Shown here one piece after another: positions 44,699 through 54,490 of a DNA stretch of 57,430 nucleotides; the stretch's first letter is position 1; each line of letters opens with the position of its first letter. Made by a program: the position numbers and the translations under genes. Source of the stretch: Candidatus Limnocylindrales bacterium (GTDB taxonomy: Bacteria > Chloroflexota > Limnocylindria > Limnocylindrales > CSP1-4); contig DASWGY010000137.1 in the NCBI GenBank assembly GCA_036393495.1, forward strand, positions 1 through 57,430. Reading direction: 5' to 3'. The notes under the pieces are model-generated. The model was not told where the DNA came from. It saw only the letters and a program-made list of their open reading frames with translations, and searched no databases.

Positions 44699-45607
44699 CT
44701 AGTTGCCGAAGCGAGCGACCTCAGCCAGGAGCTCGTAGGTCTTCTGCTGCTCATCGGGCTCGCCAGCGGTCGACGCGAGGAAATCGGTCACGCCAAGGGC
44801 CGCATATGCCGTCAGCGCCTCACGTACGGCGTCGGCCGACCCGACCATTGCCACGTCGGCGGTCCTCGGGGAACGGTCGAGGTCGAGGATCCGTCGATAC
44901 GATGGTCGCAGCTCGTAACCGGCGAGGCTCGGCGCGATCGCGTCCCGGACGATGGCTGGATCACGCTTCGTGGCGCAGACGGGGACGCCGGCGACGATCC
45001 GCGGCGCCGGTCGACCGGCGCTTGCCGCGGCCTCGACGATCGTCGGCACGGCGACCTCGCGAAGGTACCGCGGTCCGGCCAGGAAGATGATCGTCCCGTC
45101 CGCGGCCTGACCGGCAAGCCGCAGCATCTGCGGTCCGAGCGCCGCGATGAGGACCGGTGGCGCCTCGACAGCGCCGCCGAGCGGCGAGCGGTAGCCCGTC
45201 AGGCTGAACTCGTCGCCGCCGAACGTCACGGCCTCGCCGGCCAGCAGGGGCACCAGACAGCCAAGGTATTCACGCATGTGGCGGATCGGACGCCACGGGA
45301 ATCCCTGCATGCCCTCGACCGAGAACCGATGGCCCACCCCGAGGCCGAGGACGTGTCGACCGGCGCACGCCGCCTGCACCGTCAGCGCCTGCTGGGCAAG
45401 CGCCGTCGGATGACGCTGGTAGGTTACGACCACCGCCGTCCCGAGCTCGATCTGCTCCGTTCGGGAGGCCGCCAGGGCCAGCTGGGTCAGCGCGTCGAAC
45501 CGACCGGCCGTCCAGACGGTGGAGAAGCCGTCGGCCTCCGCCTGCTCGATGCGCGGCACGACGTCGTGCGGATCGGATGAAGCCGCGACCTGCAATCCGA
45601 TTCGCAA
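44699..45607 (-). CDS. Luciferase-like (LLM class) flavin/F420-dependent oxidoreductase
   Basis: LRIGLQVAASSDPHDVVPRIEQAEADGFSTVW..., IELGTAVVVTYQRHP and LGLGVGH are typical of the LLM class. TTG at 45607 has GGAGG 9 nt upstream. Confidence 0.75.
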   Translation of the reverse strand: MRIGLQVAASSDPHDVVPRIEQAEADGFSTVWTAGRFDALTQLALAASRTEQIELGTAVVVTYQRHPTALAQQALTVQAACAGRHVLGLGVGHRFSVEGMQGFPWRPIRHMREYLGCLVPLLAGEAVTFGGDEFSLTGYRSPLGGAVEAPPVLIAALGPQMLRLAGQAADGTIIFLAGPRYLREVAVPTIVEAAASAGRPAPRIVAGVPVCATKRDPAIVRDAIAPSLAGYELRPSYRRILDLDRSPRTADVAMVGSADAVREALTAYAALGVTDFLASTAGEPDEQQKTYELLAEVARFGN

Positions 45608-45660
45608 CGAGGGCGACCTCCGCGTCCCGTGATGGACCCAGAGGACGATGCTACCATCGC

Positions 45661-45687
45661 ACTGATATCGGGATGTGATATCGCTGG
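45661..45687. promoter_or_regulatory. Double GATATC operator-like element between the LLM oxidoreductase and the hypothetical gene
   Basis: ACTGATATCGGGATGTGATATCGCTGG matches 57327-57353 at 21 of 27 positions. Confidence 0.6.
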
Positions 45688-45737
45688 GACGTACCACCGG
45701 TTCGTCCGACGTTTCCAACTCTGGGAGGGCTCCCGGC

Positions 45738-46208
45738 ATGCCAACCGAGATCCGGGTCACGACGGACGACAACGAGCTGTCGCTTGAACAGCTGTCTTGG
45801 GCCATGCCGGACACGAGCGTGGTGATGGTCCGAATCGGCGAGAACTGGTGGCGCTTGATTTTCAGCGCCCGGGGTGGCAACTGGCCGCTGGCCGAGTACT
45901 ACTTGCGGCGCGTCCGGAAGCTCGAGAACGTCCTCGCGACCCTGCGTCCGAAGCATGCCGAGCGGCTCGCCCGATTCCAGGAGGAGGCGCTCCCGGCCGT
46001 CGAGGCGGCGATCGCGGCCCGTGACGCCGGCGGCCTCGAATCGGCCTTCGCTGCGGCCACGGATATGGCCAACCGGATGCATGTCGAATCTGGCTATCCG
46101 TACATCAAATGGGTCCTCCCCGCAACGGCCCCGCCCGGGCTCGATCTGGGGCCCGTCGTCGCGGCGCCGGCGGACGTCGCCCACGACCACGATGACGGTG
46201 CCCACTGA
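45738..46208 (+). CDS. Hypothetical protein (156 aa), no family recognised
   Basis: GGGAGGG SD lies before the ATG at 45738. The sequence has non-artefactual composition (MPTEIRVTTDDNELSLEQLSWAMPDTSVVMVRIGENWWRLIFSARGGNWPLAEYYLRRVRKLENVL...). Confidence 0.5.
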   Translation: MPTEIRVTTDDNELSLEQLSWAMPDTSVVMVRIGENWWRLIFSARGGNWPLAEYYLRRVRKLENVLATLRPKHAERLARFQEEALPAVEAAIAARDAGGLESAFAAATDMANRMHVESGYPYIKWVLPATAPPGLDLGPVVAAPADVAHDHDDGAH

Positions 46209-46309
46209 CGGTGTCGGCCGGCCCGGCGCCTTCAGCCGCGGTGCCCAGGTCCTCGTCATGCCCTGATAGCGTCGGAGCGAACCACGAGGCGAGCCTCGGG
46301 GACGGCGAC

Positions 46310-47473
46310 CTACGAGAGTGGCCCATTGGCCGCCGAAGGCGTCGCAGCCGTGCCACTGCTCGCGTCGCGCGTTGCGGTCTTCATCGCGCCCAGCCCGGTG
46401 GATGACGCGGTGCCGACGACGTCGATGCCCGGGAGGTCGAGCTCGCGAGCCCGGTGGCAGCGGACCATCCGACCCGGCGTGACCTCCTCCCAGACCGGGC
46501 GCTCGACCTTGCAGCGCTCGATCGCGAACTCGCAACGGGGGTGGAAGTAGCAGCCGCTCGGCGGCGCGGCAGGGTTGGCGACCTCGCCAGGGAGCGGCTT
46601 GCGCGCCGCTCGCGCCCGTGGATCCGGCTTGGGTACGGAGCCCAGCAAGGCCGACGTGTACGGGTGGAGCGGCTTCCGGAAGATCACGTCCCGCTCGCCC
46701 AGCTCGACCATCTGGCCCACGTACATGACCGCGATCCGGTCGCTGATGTGCTTCACGACACTCAGGTCGTGAGCAACGAAGAGGTACGTCAGGCGGAGCT
46801 GGTCCTGGAGGCGAAGGAGGAGGTTGAGGATCTGGGCCTGGACGGAGACGTCGAGGGCCGACACCGGCTCGTCGGCGACGATGAGCCTGGGGTTGAGCGC
46901 GAGGGCGCGGGCGATCCCGATCCGCTGGCGCTGCCCGCCGCTGAAGGCGTGCGGGAAGCGGCGCATGTACTCGCCCGGCAGGCCAACCAACTTCATCAGC
47001 TCGGCGACCCGGTCGATCCGGTCCTGGCGCTGCGTCGTGCCGTTCACGAGCAGCGGCTCGCCGATGATGTCGAGGATGGTCATGCGCGGATTGAGCGACG
47101 AGTACGGATCCTGGAAGATCATCTGCATCTCGCGCCTGAGGGGGCGCATCGCGCTGCGCGGGATGGCTCCGATGTCGACGACCTCTCCGGTTTGGCGCCG
47201 GAAGAGGATCCGGCCGGCTGTCGGATCGACAGCGCGGAGGATGCAGCGCGATGTCGTCGTCTTGCCGCAGCCGCTCTCGCCGACGAGGGCCAGCGTCTCG
47301 CCCTCGCGGACGTCGAAGGCGACGTCGTCGACGGCCCTGACCTCGCCGACAGCGCGGCGGAGCAGACCGGTCTGGATCGGGAAGAACTTCTGGAGCCCCC
47401 GGACCTCGAGGATATTCTCCGGCTTCTCCATCGTCAGCCCGGCGACCCCCGGACTCGCCGCGGACGGCGTCAT
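46310..47473 (-). CDS. Peptide/nickel-type ABC transporter ATP-binding protein (OppF/DppF-like)
   Basis: Walker [11 protein letters not shown], signature [15 protein letters not shown], and the C-terminal oligopeptide-ABC extension GCYFHPRC. The ATG at 47473 overlaps the upstream stop (ATGA). Confidence 0.85.
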   Translation of the reverse strand: MTPSAASPGVAGLTMEKPENILEVRGLQKFFPIQTGLLRRAVGEVRAVDDVAFDVREGETLALVGESGCGKTTTSRCILRAVDPTAGRILFRRQTGEVVDIGAIPRSAMRPLRREMQMIFQDPYSSLNPRMTILDIIGEPLLVNGTTQRQDRIDRVAELMKLVGLPGEYMRRFPHAFSGGQRQRIGIARALALNPRLIVADEPVSALDVSVQAQILNLLLRLQDQLRLTYLFVAHDLSVVKHISDRIAVMYVGQMVELGERDVIFRKPLHPYTSALLGSVPKPDPRARAARKPLPGEVANPAAPPSGCYFHPRCEFAIERCKVERPVWEEVTPGRMVRCHRARELDLPGIDVVGTASSTGLGAMKTATRDASSGTAATPSAANGPLS

Positions 47474-48555
47474 CGGGACGCCTCGGGCCTGTCCGTCGCA
47501 TCCGCCCCGATGTCGTAGAGGTGGCAGCTGGCCGCGTGCCGATCTCCGAAGCTCGTCATCCCGGGGATCACCTCGGAGCAGATGCCGGCGATGGCGCTGG
47601 CACAACGCGGGTGGAAGGGGCAGCCGGTCGGCCTGTTGAACGGATGGGGGATCGATCCGCTGATCGTCGGGAGCGCCATCCGGGCAGTGGCCGTTACGCT
47701 CGGGATCGACTGGAGGAGAGCCTGGGTGTAGGGGTGCCGGGGCTCATGGAAGATCTGGTCGACGGTTCCCTGCTCGGCGACCCGGCCCAGGTACATGACG
47801 ACGACATCGTCGGCCATCTCGGCGATGACCCCGAGATCGTGGGTGATCAGCATGATGGCCATGCCGTTCTGTTGCTGGAGTCGCCGAAGGAGGTCGAGGA
47901 TCTGGGCCTGGGTCGTCACGTCCAGGGCCGTCGTCGGTTCATCGGCAATGAGCAGCCGGGGCTCGCCGGCGAGGGCCATGGCGATCATCGCTCGCTGGCG
48001 CAGGCCGCCCGAGAGCTGCCAGGCGTAGTCCTCGAGCCGCCCCTCGGGCCGAGGGACGCCGACCATCTTCAGGAGCTCGATCGACCGCGCCCGGACGGCC
48101 GCCTTCGACAGCCGGGCATGGAGTCGAACCGCCTCATTGATCTGGTCGCCAATCGTGTGAACGGGCGAGAACGACGTCATCGGTTCCTGGAACACGAGGC
48201 CGATGTCGCCGCCCCGAATCGACCGGATAGTCCGGCCGTTGCTCGGCAGGTTCACGAGGTTCAGCCAGTCGTCCCCTCGACGGAACATGATCTCGCCGCC
48301 GACGATCTGGCCGGGTCGCTCGATGATCCGGAGGATCGACTTGGCCGTCACGCTCTTGCCACAGCCCGTCTCGCCGACGATCCCCAGGGTTCGGCCCTCG
48401 AACAGGTCGAAGCTCGCGCCGTCGACCGCTCTGGTGATGCCCTCGTCGGCGATGAAGTAGGTTCGAAGATCGCGAACCGACAGGAGCGGCGAGCCGGTTG
48501 GGCCGGCGCCGGTGGAGGGGGAGGCGTGCGTCGCCGCGGGCACCGCGTCGATCAT
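47470..48555 (-). CDS. Peptide/nickel-type ABC transporter ATP-binding protein (OppD/DppD-like)
   Basis: Walker [11 protein letters not shown], signature [16 protein letters not shown]-terminal GCPFHPRC. Confidence 0.85.
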   Translation of the reverse strand: MIDAVPAATHASPSTGAGPTGSPLLSVRDLRTYFIADEGITRAVDGASFDLFEGRTLGIVGETGCGKSVTAKSILRIIERPGQIVGGEIMFRRGDDWLNLVNLPSNGRTIRSIRGGDIGLVFQEPMTSFSPVHTIGDQINEAVRLHARLSKAAVRARSIELLKMVGVPRPEGRLEDYAWQLSGGLRQRAMIAMALAGEPRLLIADEPTTALDVTTQAQILDLLRRLQQQNGMAIMLITHDLGVIAEMADDVVVMYLGRVAEQGTVDQIFHEPRHPYTQALLQSIPSVTATARMALPTISGSIPHPFNRPTGCPFHPRCASAIAGICSEVIPGMTSFGDRHAASCHLYDIGADATDRPEASR

Positions 48556-48684
48556 CGTTCGTCCATCCTAGCCCCGACATCCAGCGGGAGGCCCATTCGT
48601 ACGTCGCCGTTGGACGCCCTCAACCCTGACCTCCGGTGGTGCGCGTCGCGACTCGTCGCCCGTGCCGGAGCTTGGGCTCGGTGG

Positions 48685-48694
48685 ACGATATCAT
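48685..48694. promoter_or_regulatory. GATATC-core motif between oppD-like and chrA
   Basis: ACGATATCAT reads TATCAT on the plus strand and TATCGT on the minus strand. Confidence 0.5.
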
Positions 48695-48735
48695 AGTCCG
48701 ACAACAGGTTGGAAACGGAATCGCGGGAGGGCGGC

Positions 48736-49998
48736 GTGTCGGACGAGGTGGTGGATCGCGACAATTCGGGGCATTCCGGGCTGACAGAAGACGTCGCCTC
48801 GCAGATGCCCCACGGACCGGCCGCGCTCCTCGAGATCCTGCTCGTTGCCCTTCGCCTGGGGCTGACCTCGTTCGGGGGCCCGATCGCGCACCTCGGCTAC
48901 TTCAAGACCGAATACGTCGATCGGCGCCGGTGGCTCGATGCGGCAGTCTTCGCCGACCTCGTGGCGATTGCACAGTCGCTGCCCGGCGCTGCGAGCAGCA
49001 AGCTCGGGATCTCGATCGGGATCCTGCGCGGCGGCCTCGTCGGTGGCATCGCCGCCTGGATCGGCTTCACCCTTCCGTCCGCGCTCGCCCTGATCGCCTT
49101 CGCGATCGGGTCCCAGGCGCTCGGGTCCGAGGCCGACGGATGGATCCACGGACTCCAGGTCGTGGCCGTCGCGGTCGTCGCACTGGCCGTCTGGAGCATG
49201 GCTCGAAGTCTCACGCCCGATCGTCAGCGGGCGACGATCGCGATCATCGCCGCTGTCATCTCGCTGGCCGTGCCGACAACCGTCACGACGGTCACCTTGA
49301 TCGTCGTCGGTGGAGTCGTGGGTTGGCGGCTGCTGGGGAGCGATGGTGAGGGCGCCGGTGTCGCCGTCCACGTACGGATCAGCCGGCGGACCGGCCTCAT
49401 CGCCGGATCCCTGTTCGTCGGCCTGCTCGTCGGCCTGCCGCTGGCTCGCTCCGCGGTCGACAGCCAGCCGATTGCCCTCTTCGACAGCTTCTATCGTGTC
49501 GGCGCGCTGGTCTTTGGTGGCGGCAATCTCGTGCTGCCCCTGCTCCAGCCGGAAGTCGTGCCACCGGGCTGGGTGACGAATGACCAGTTCCTCGCCGGAT
49601 ACGGCGCGGCCCAGGCTGTTCCGGGCCCCCTCTTCACGTTCGCCGCATTCATCGGCGCCGCGGCGGTCCCGGAGCCGAACGGCCTTGCCGGGGGCACGCT
49701 CGCGATCCTCGCGATCTTCCTGCCGTCGTTCCTGCTGACCGTCGCCGCATTGCCGTGGTGGAGCGAGCTCCGGGCTCGCCAGGACGTCCGCGCAATCCTT
49801 CGGGGGGTGAACGCCACCGTCGTCGGCGTCCTCCTCGCTGCCCTCTATCACCCGGTGGCCACGAACGCCCTCAGTGAGCCTCGAGACGCCGCGCTCGCGC
49901 TCGCCTCATTCGGGCTGCTCGCCATCTGGAAGATGCCACCGTGGATCGTCGTGGTCGCGACGGCTGCCGGCGGGGCGTTACTCGAGGCGATCGCCTGA
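48736..49998 (+). CDS. chrA: Chromate transporter ChrA (two CHR domains)
   Basis: LRLGLTSFGGPIAHLGYF, and the second half FGGGNLVLPLLQ. The start is uncertain: GTG at 48736 after GGGAGGG, the track's TTG at 48709, or ATG at 48805. Confidence 0.8.
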   Translation: MSDEVVDRDNSGHSGLTEDVASQMPHGPAALLEILLVALRLGLTSFGGPIAHLGYFKTEYVDRRRWLDAAVFADLVAIAQSLPGAASSKLGISIGILRGGLVGGIAAWIGFTLPSALALIAFAIGSQALGSEADGWIHGLQVVAVAVVALAVWSMARSLTPDRQRATIAIIAAVISLAVPTTVTTVTLIVVGGVVGWRLLGSDGEGAGVAVHVRISRRTGLIAGSLFVGLLVGLPLARSAVDSQPIALFDSFYRVGALVFGGGNLVLPLLQPEVVPPGWVTNDQFLAGYGAAQAVPGPLFTFAAFIGAAAVPEPNGLAGGTLAILAIFLPSFLLTVAALPWWSELRARQDVRAILRGVNATVVGVLLAALYHPVATNALSEPRDAALALASFGLLAIWKMPPWIVVVATAAGGALLEAIA

Positions 49999-50063
49999 TC
50001 GGTGACCTCGAACCCCGGGTCGCGGGCAGCGGCCCGGGTGGCGCCCGGGCGCTCGGCGCAAGA

Positions 50064-51383
50064 TCAGGCGCCGCCGGCCACGACCTGTCCGCCCTTGACG
50101 ACGCACTGCGGTCGGGTGAGGGCCTCGAGGTCTGACAGCGGATCGTCGGTCGTCGCGACGAGATCGGCCAGGTGCCCAGGCTCGAGGACACCCAGGTCGT
50201 CCGCTGCCCCGAGCGCTTCGGCCGCAACGATCGTGCCCGCCTGGATCGCCTGCCACGGCGACATGCCGGCTTCACCCATCTTCGCGAACTGGCCCGCGTT
50301 CTCGCCGTGCGGGAAGACTCCGGCATCTGTTCCAAAGGCCATCCGGACGCCGAGGCGCAATGCAAGGCCGACGGTCGCAACCTTGGCCCGAGTCACCTGG
50401 ACGTTCCGCTCGATGACCTCGTCCGACCAGCCGAAGGACCGTGATCTGGCATCGATCCAGGGTCCGCTGTAGAGGTCGGTGACGAGGTACGTGCCGGCAG
50501 CCGCGAGAGCCTCGAGGGCCGGCTCAGACGCATACGTCCCGTGCTCGATCGTCCGAACGCCTGCCCTCGCGGCGACCAGCATGCCCTGGCTGCCATGCGC
50601 CGCCGCCGCCACCGGTAGCCCGCGGCGCGACGCCGCCTCGACGACCGCCGCCACGAGCTCCGGTGAGAGCTCGAGACGATCCGGGTCGGTCGGCCGGGCG
50701 ACGACACCGCCACCGGTGACGATGATCTTGACGAGGTCCGCGCCTTCCCTCGCCAGGTCGTTGACGACCCGCCGCGCGTCCGCGACGCTGCCGATGATGC
50801 CCCGCCGTAGTGGGTCGCGAGCGCCGGCAGCGCCCGCCGGTCCCCGACGCGCGGTGCCGGACATCGCGCCCGGACGCGGCCCCGCTGCCGCTTCCGGGTC
50901 GGCCCCGCCGCCCGCCGCCGTGACGTAGACCCCGGCGCACAACATGCGTGGACCGGGAACCAGGCCGACCTCGATCCCATCGCGTAGCCGGATGTCCGCA
51001 AAGGCGCGGACCGTCCCGACGTCGCGGACGGTGGTGAACCCGGCGGCGAGCGTCGCTCGGGCATTGGCGACACCGTGGAGCAGGTCGAGCTCGGGCGGGT
51101 CGTCGGGTGGGGTGACGCCACCGGAGGCCACCCCTCCGATGAGATGGACGTGGCAGTCGATGAGCCCGGGCAGGACCGTGAGGGCGCTGAGGTCGAGAGT
51201 TCGGTCGTGGTCGGGCTCCGGGTCGCCGCTCGGGATGACCGCTGCGATCCGGTCGCCGTGGACGAGGATCGCCGCCCGGTCCAGGACGCTGGCAGCCCGG
51301 ACGTCGAGGAGGCGGCCGGTCCGGATGAGGACTCGCAATTCGGGCACCTTCGCCCGGCCGGGATTGGGGTCGGTGGTTGACAC
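50064..51383 (-). CDS. Metal-dependent amidohydrolase (imidazolonepropionase/prolidase-like)
   Basis: VLPGLIDCHVHL is the HxH metal motif, with later AAAHG..., IEHGT and FGTDAG blocks. GTG start after GGAGGGAG. Confidence 0.8.
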   Translation of the reverse strand: MSTTDPNPGRAKVPELRVLIRTGRLLDVRAASVLDRAAILVHGDRIAAVIPSGDPEPDHDRTLDLSALTVLPGLIDCHVHLIGGVASGGVTPPDDPPELDLLHGVANARATLAAGFTTVRDVGTVRAFADIRLRDGIEVGLVPGPRMLCAGVYVTAAGGGADPEAAAGPRPGAMSGTARRGPAGAAGARDPLRRGIIGSVADARRVVNDLAREGADLVKIIVTGGGVVARPTDPDRLELSPELVAAVVEAASRRGLPVAAAAHGSQGMLVAARAGVRTIEHGTYASEPALEALAAAGTYLVTDLYSGPWIDARSRSFGWSDEVIERNVQVTRAKVATVGLALRLGVRMAFGTDAGVFPHGENAGQFAKMGEAGMSPWQAIQAGTIVAAEALGAADDLGVLEPGHLADLVATTDDPLSDLEALTRPQCVVKGGQVVAGGA

Positions 51384-51426
51384 GCGGCCTTTGCTCCCTC
51401 CGTTCCCTGGTCGGCGATGTCAGACG

Positions 51427-51436
51427 ACGATATCGT
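51427..51436. promoter_or_regulatory. Perfect palindrome ACGATATCGT between divergent amidohydrolase and amidase genes
   Basis: The 10-mer is identical to the one at 26766-26775. Confidence 0.6.
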
Positions 51437-51486
51437 AGACTGATCGTCAGATCGCGGCGAACGCGGATCTCCGACGGAGGGCCCCG

Positions 51487-52869
51487 ATGGAGGCGTCGAT
51501 CTTCGACTCGGTCGAGGCCCAGCGGTTGGCAATCGCCGAACGACGGCTGGAGCCTGGCAGGCTCATGAGCGCCACCCTCGAACAGATCGAGCGGCTCGAT
51601 CCGACGTTGCGGTCCTTTGTCGCAATCACCGCGACGAGTGCGCGGCGCGAGGCAGACGCGGCCGATCGTCGCGCTCGCGCCAGTGAGTCGGTCGAGCCGC
51701 TGCTCGGGATCCCGTTCGGGGTCAAGGACAACATCGACGCCGCCGGCTGGCCGACAACGGCAGCCTCCAGCTTCCTGCGCTCGAACGTCGCGGCCGAGGA
51801 CGCGACGGTCGTCGCCCGGTTGCGGGCCGCTGGGGCCATTCTCGTCGGCAAGCTCAACATGCACGAGTTCGCTTCGGGCGTGACGAGCGAGAGCGAGGAC
51901 TTCGGGACCGTCCAGAACCCCTTCGACCGGGACCGGATCCCGGGCGGCTCGAGCAGCGGCAGCGCGGTCGCGGTGGCGACCGGCCAGGTCGCCTTCTCGC
52001 TCGGAACGGACACGGGTGGCTCGGTCCGGATCCCCGCCGCGCTGTGCGGTGTCGTCGGCCTCAAGCCGACGACCGGCCGTGTCCCGACCCGTGGCGTCGT
52101 GCCCTGGAGCTGGGTCCTCGATCACGTCGGGCCGCTGACCCGAACGGTGCGGGATGCGGCGCTCGTGCTCAGCTCGATCGCCGGGTTCGATGTCGGCGAC
52201 CCGGCGACTCTCGACCACCCGGTCGACGAGTACCTCGCGGGCATTGACGGTGGCGTCGAAGGCCTCGAGCTCGCGATCCCTCGGTCGTTCCTGGGCGACG
52301 TCGAGCCCGCGGTCGGGGCGATCGTGGACGACGCGATCCGGGGCCTCGTCGACGCCGGTGCCCGGCTGCATGAGGTGGACTGGCCCGAGATCGGGGCGTC
52401 CGTGGACGTCCACCGGGTCATCGTCGATGCCGATCTCGCCGCCTTCCAGCGAGACCGCTTTGGCGAGGCGCCCGAGCGTTTCAGCGCCGACCTCCGGGCC
52501 AGACTCGTGCGGGGCACGGCCCGCTCCGGCTCCGAGGTAGCCGTGGCCCGGCGGACACAGCTGGCGATGACCCGCCAGGTCGACCTGCGCCTCGCGGAGA
52601 TCGACGCCCTCGTCCTTCCAACCGTTCCGATCGTCGCCCCGCGGCGAGCGGGGCTCGACGGCGCAAGAGCCTCCGAGATGCTCGCGTCGCTGGTCCGGCC
52701 GTTCAGCCTCTTCGGGACTCCCGCGATCAGCCTGCCAGTCGGCGACGTGGCCGGCCTGCCCGTCGGCCTCCAGATTGTCACCGCCCGGTGGACCGAAGCG
52801 AGGCTGCTCCGGATCGCGCGGGCAGTCGAGCGGCAGGTGTCCTGGCAGCCCCGAACGTTCGGGACCTGA
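51487..52869 (+). CDS. Amidase-signature family amidase
   Basis: GGSSSGSAVAVATGQVAFSLGTDTGGSVRIPAALCGVVGLKPT is the amidase signature with the Ser-cisSer-Lys context. GGAGGG SD. Confidence 0.9.
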   Translation: MEASIFDSVEAQRLAIAERRLEPGRLMSATLEQIERLDPTLRSFVAITATSARREADAADRRARASESVEPLLGIPFGVKDNIDAAGWPTTAASSFLRSNVAAEDATVVARLRAAGAILVGKLNMHEFASGVTSESEDFGTVQNPFDRDRIPGGSSSGSAVAVATGQVAFSLGTDTGGSVRIPAALCGVVGLKPTTGRVPTRGVVPWSWVLDHVGPLTRTVRDAALVLSSIAGFDVGDPATLDHPVDEYLAGIDGGVEGLELAIPRSFLGDVEPAVGAIVDDAIRGLVDAGARLHEVDWPEIGASVDVHRVIVDADLAAFQRDRFGEAPERFSADLRARLVRGTARSGSEVAVARRTQLAMTRQVDLRLAEIDALVLPTVPIVAPRRAGLDGARASEMLASLVRPFSLFGTPAISLPVGDVAGLPVGLQIVTARWTEARLLRIARAVERQVSWQPRTFGT

Positions 52870-52925
52870 GATCCAGCGACGGCGAGCCGGATCGCCCGCG
52901 CCAGTAGCAGGAGGAGGTAACAGAC

Positions 52926-53333
52926 TTGACCCCCACGCTGATCGTGATCCAGTGGCTCCACGTCTTCTGCGCGATCTGGTGGTTCGGGTCGCTGCTGTAC
53001 TCGCGGTTCGTCGTCTATCCCCGCCTTCGAGCGGTCGGCGGCGACCTCGAGGCCTCGGTCCGGTCGGCCTTGACGACGGGTCGAGCGCGGATGATCACGA
53101 TCACCGTCGCTACACTGACTGTCGGGCTGGGGGCGATCCGTGGGGCGGTCGGCGGTGCCCTCGACGACCCCGCGTCGGCCTACGGCCTCACGTACCTGGC
53201 TTCGTTCGCGATCGGGGTGGCCATGATCGTCTATCTCGTCGGTGGGTGGGACCAGCCGTTCCTGAACCGCCTGTACGTCCTGGCGTTCCCGGTCATCTTC
53301 AGCCTCATGATCCTGATGCGGTTCGGCCTCTAG
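52926..53333 (+). CDS. Hypothetical small integral membrane protein (4 helices)
   Basis: TTG start lies 7 nt after AGGAGGAGG. IQWLHVFCAIWWFGSLLY plus three more hydrophobic helices. No secure family. Confidence 0.5.
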   Translation: MTPTLIVIQWLHVFCAIWWFGSLLYSRFVVYPRLRAVGGDLEASVRSALTTGRARMITITVATLTVGLGAIRGAVGGALDDPASAYGLTYLASFAIGVAMIVYLVGGWDQPFLNRLYVLAFPVIFSLMILMRFGL

Positions 53334-53408
53334 TCGATGATCGAGTCGCGGGCGGCACCAGAACCCGGGCAGGCGGGCGCCCGGGATCGGCTGGATCTGC
53401 CGAAGGCT

Positions 53409-53440
53409 GGTATCGGCTCGTGATACCATCCGCCGATATC
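53409..53440. promoter_or_regulatory. Three phased hexamers GGTATC-N7-GATACC-N7-GATATC upstream of dppB-like
   Basis: GGTATCGGCTCGTGATACCATCCGCCGATATC. The first two hexamers form an inverted repeat. Confidence 0.55.
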
Positions 53441-53487
53441 GACGGGGGAGGCTCCTTCCCGGAGGCATCGTCGAGGTCAGGGGAGCG

Positions 53488-54480
53488 ATGATTCGGTATC
53501 TCCTTCGCAGGTTCGGCCTGGCGCTCCTGACGATCTGGGCGATCTCGATGGTCGCCTTCCTGATCATCCAGCTGCCCCCCGGCGACTACATCACGACGTA
53601 CATCTCAAGGCTCGGTGAGGCCGGAACCAGCACCTCGGAGCAGCAACTCGCCATCCTGCGCGAGCAGTACGGGCTGGACCAGCCCCTCTGGGTCCAGTAC
53701 GGGAAATGGATGAGCCTCGTCCTCCAGGGCCAGTTCGGTCTGTCGCTCCTGTACGTCCGGCCGGTGGCCGATGTCGTCGGCGAGCGTCTGGCCCTGACGA
53801 TGGTGGTCTCGATCGCCGCCCTGGCGTTCACCTGGATCCTGGCGATCCCGATCGGGATTTATTCGGCGGTGCGGCAGTACTCGATCGGGGACTATGTCTT
53901 CACGATCGTCGGCTTCATCGGCCTCGCCGTACCGAGCTTCCTGCTGGCCCTGGTCCTCCTGTACCTCTCGTTCGTCTACTTCGGGGCGAACATCGGCGGC
54001 CTGTTTTCGCCCGAGTTCGAGGATGCGCCGTGGTCGGTCGCGAAGCTCATGGACCTTCTCGGCCACCTGCCGATCCCGGCCCTCGTCCTGGGCAGCGCGG
54101 GGACGGCACAGCTCGTCCGCGTCCTTCGGGCGAACCTCCTCGACGAGCTGCGAAAGCCCTACGTCACGACGGCCCGGGCCAAGGGACTCTCCGAGCAGGT
54201 CCTCATTTCGAAGTACCCGGTCCGGGTCGCCCTGAACCCGTTCGCGAGCACGATCGGCTTCGTCTTTCCGACCATCGTGTCGGGCTCGATCATCATCTCG
54301 ACGGTCCTCAGCCTGCCGACGGTCGGGCCGGTCCTCCTGGCGGCGCTGCAGGCACAGGACATGTTCCTGGCCGGCGCGATCGTCCTGCTCCTCGGCGTCA
54401 TGACGGTCATCGGAACCTTCGTCTCCGATCTCATCCTGGCCTGGCTCGACCCTCGGGTCCGGCGAGCCAGAGCCGCGTGA
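53488..54480 (+). CDS. Peptide/nickel-type ABC transporter permease (DppB/OppB-like)
   Basis: MIRYLLRRFGLALLTIWAISMVAFLIIQLPPGDY is a typical N-terminus, with the EAA-like loop YVTTARAKGLSE. Confidence 0.9.
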   Translation: MIRYLLRRFGLALLTIWAISMVAFLIIQLPPGDYITTYISRLGEAGTSTSEQQLAILREQYGLDQPLWVQYGKWMSLVLQGQFGLSLLYVRPVADVVGERLALTMVVSIAALAFTWILAIPIGIYSAVRQYSIGDYVFTIVGFIGLAVPSFLLALVLLYLSFVYFGANIGGLFSPEFEDAPWSVAKLMDLLGHLPIPALVLGSAGTAQLVRVLRANLLDELRKPYVTTARAKGLSEQVLISKYPVRVALNPFASTIGFVFPTIVSGSIIISTVLSLPTVGPVLLAALQAQDMFLAGAIVLLLGVMTVIGTFVSDLILAWLDPRVRRARAA

Positions 54481-54490
54481 GGAACGGCCG

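Noticed and set aside
50524-52413. 629-aa minus-strand ORF, plus similar long ORFs at 1042-2877, 2030-3499, 3779-5182, 45651-47501 and 18478-20256
   Set aside because: All overlap well-supported genes in another frame or strand and translate to low-complexity RPGA-rich sequence.
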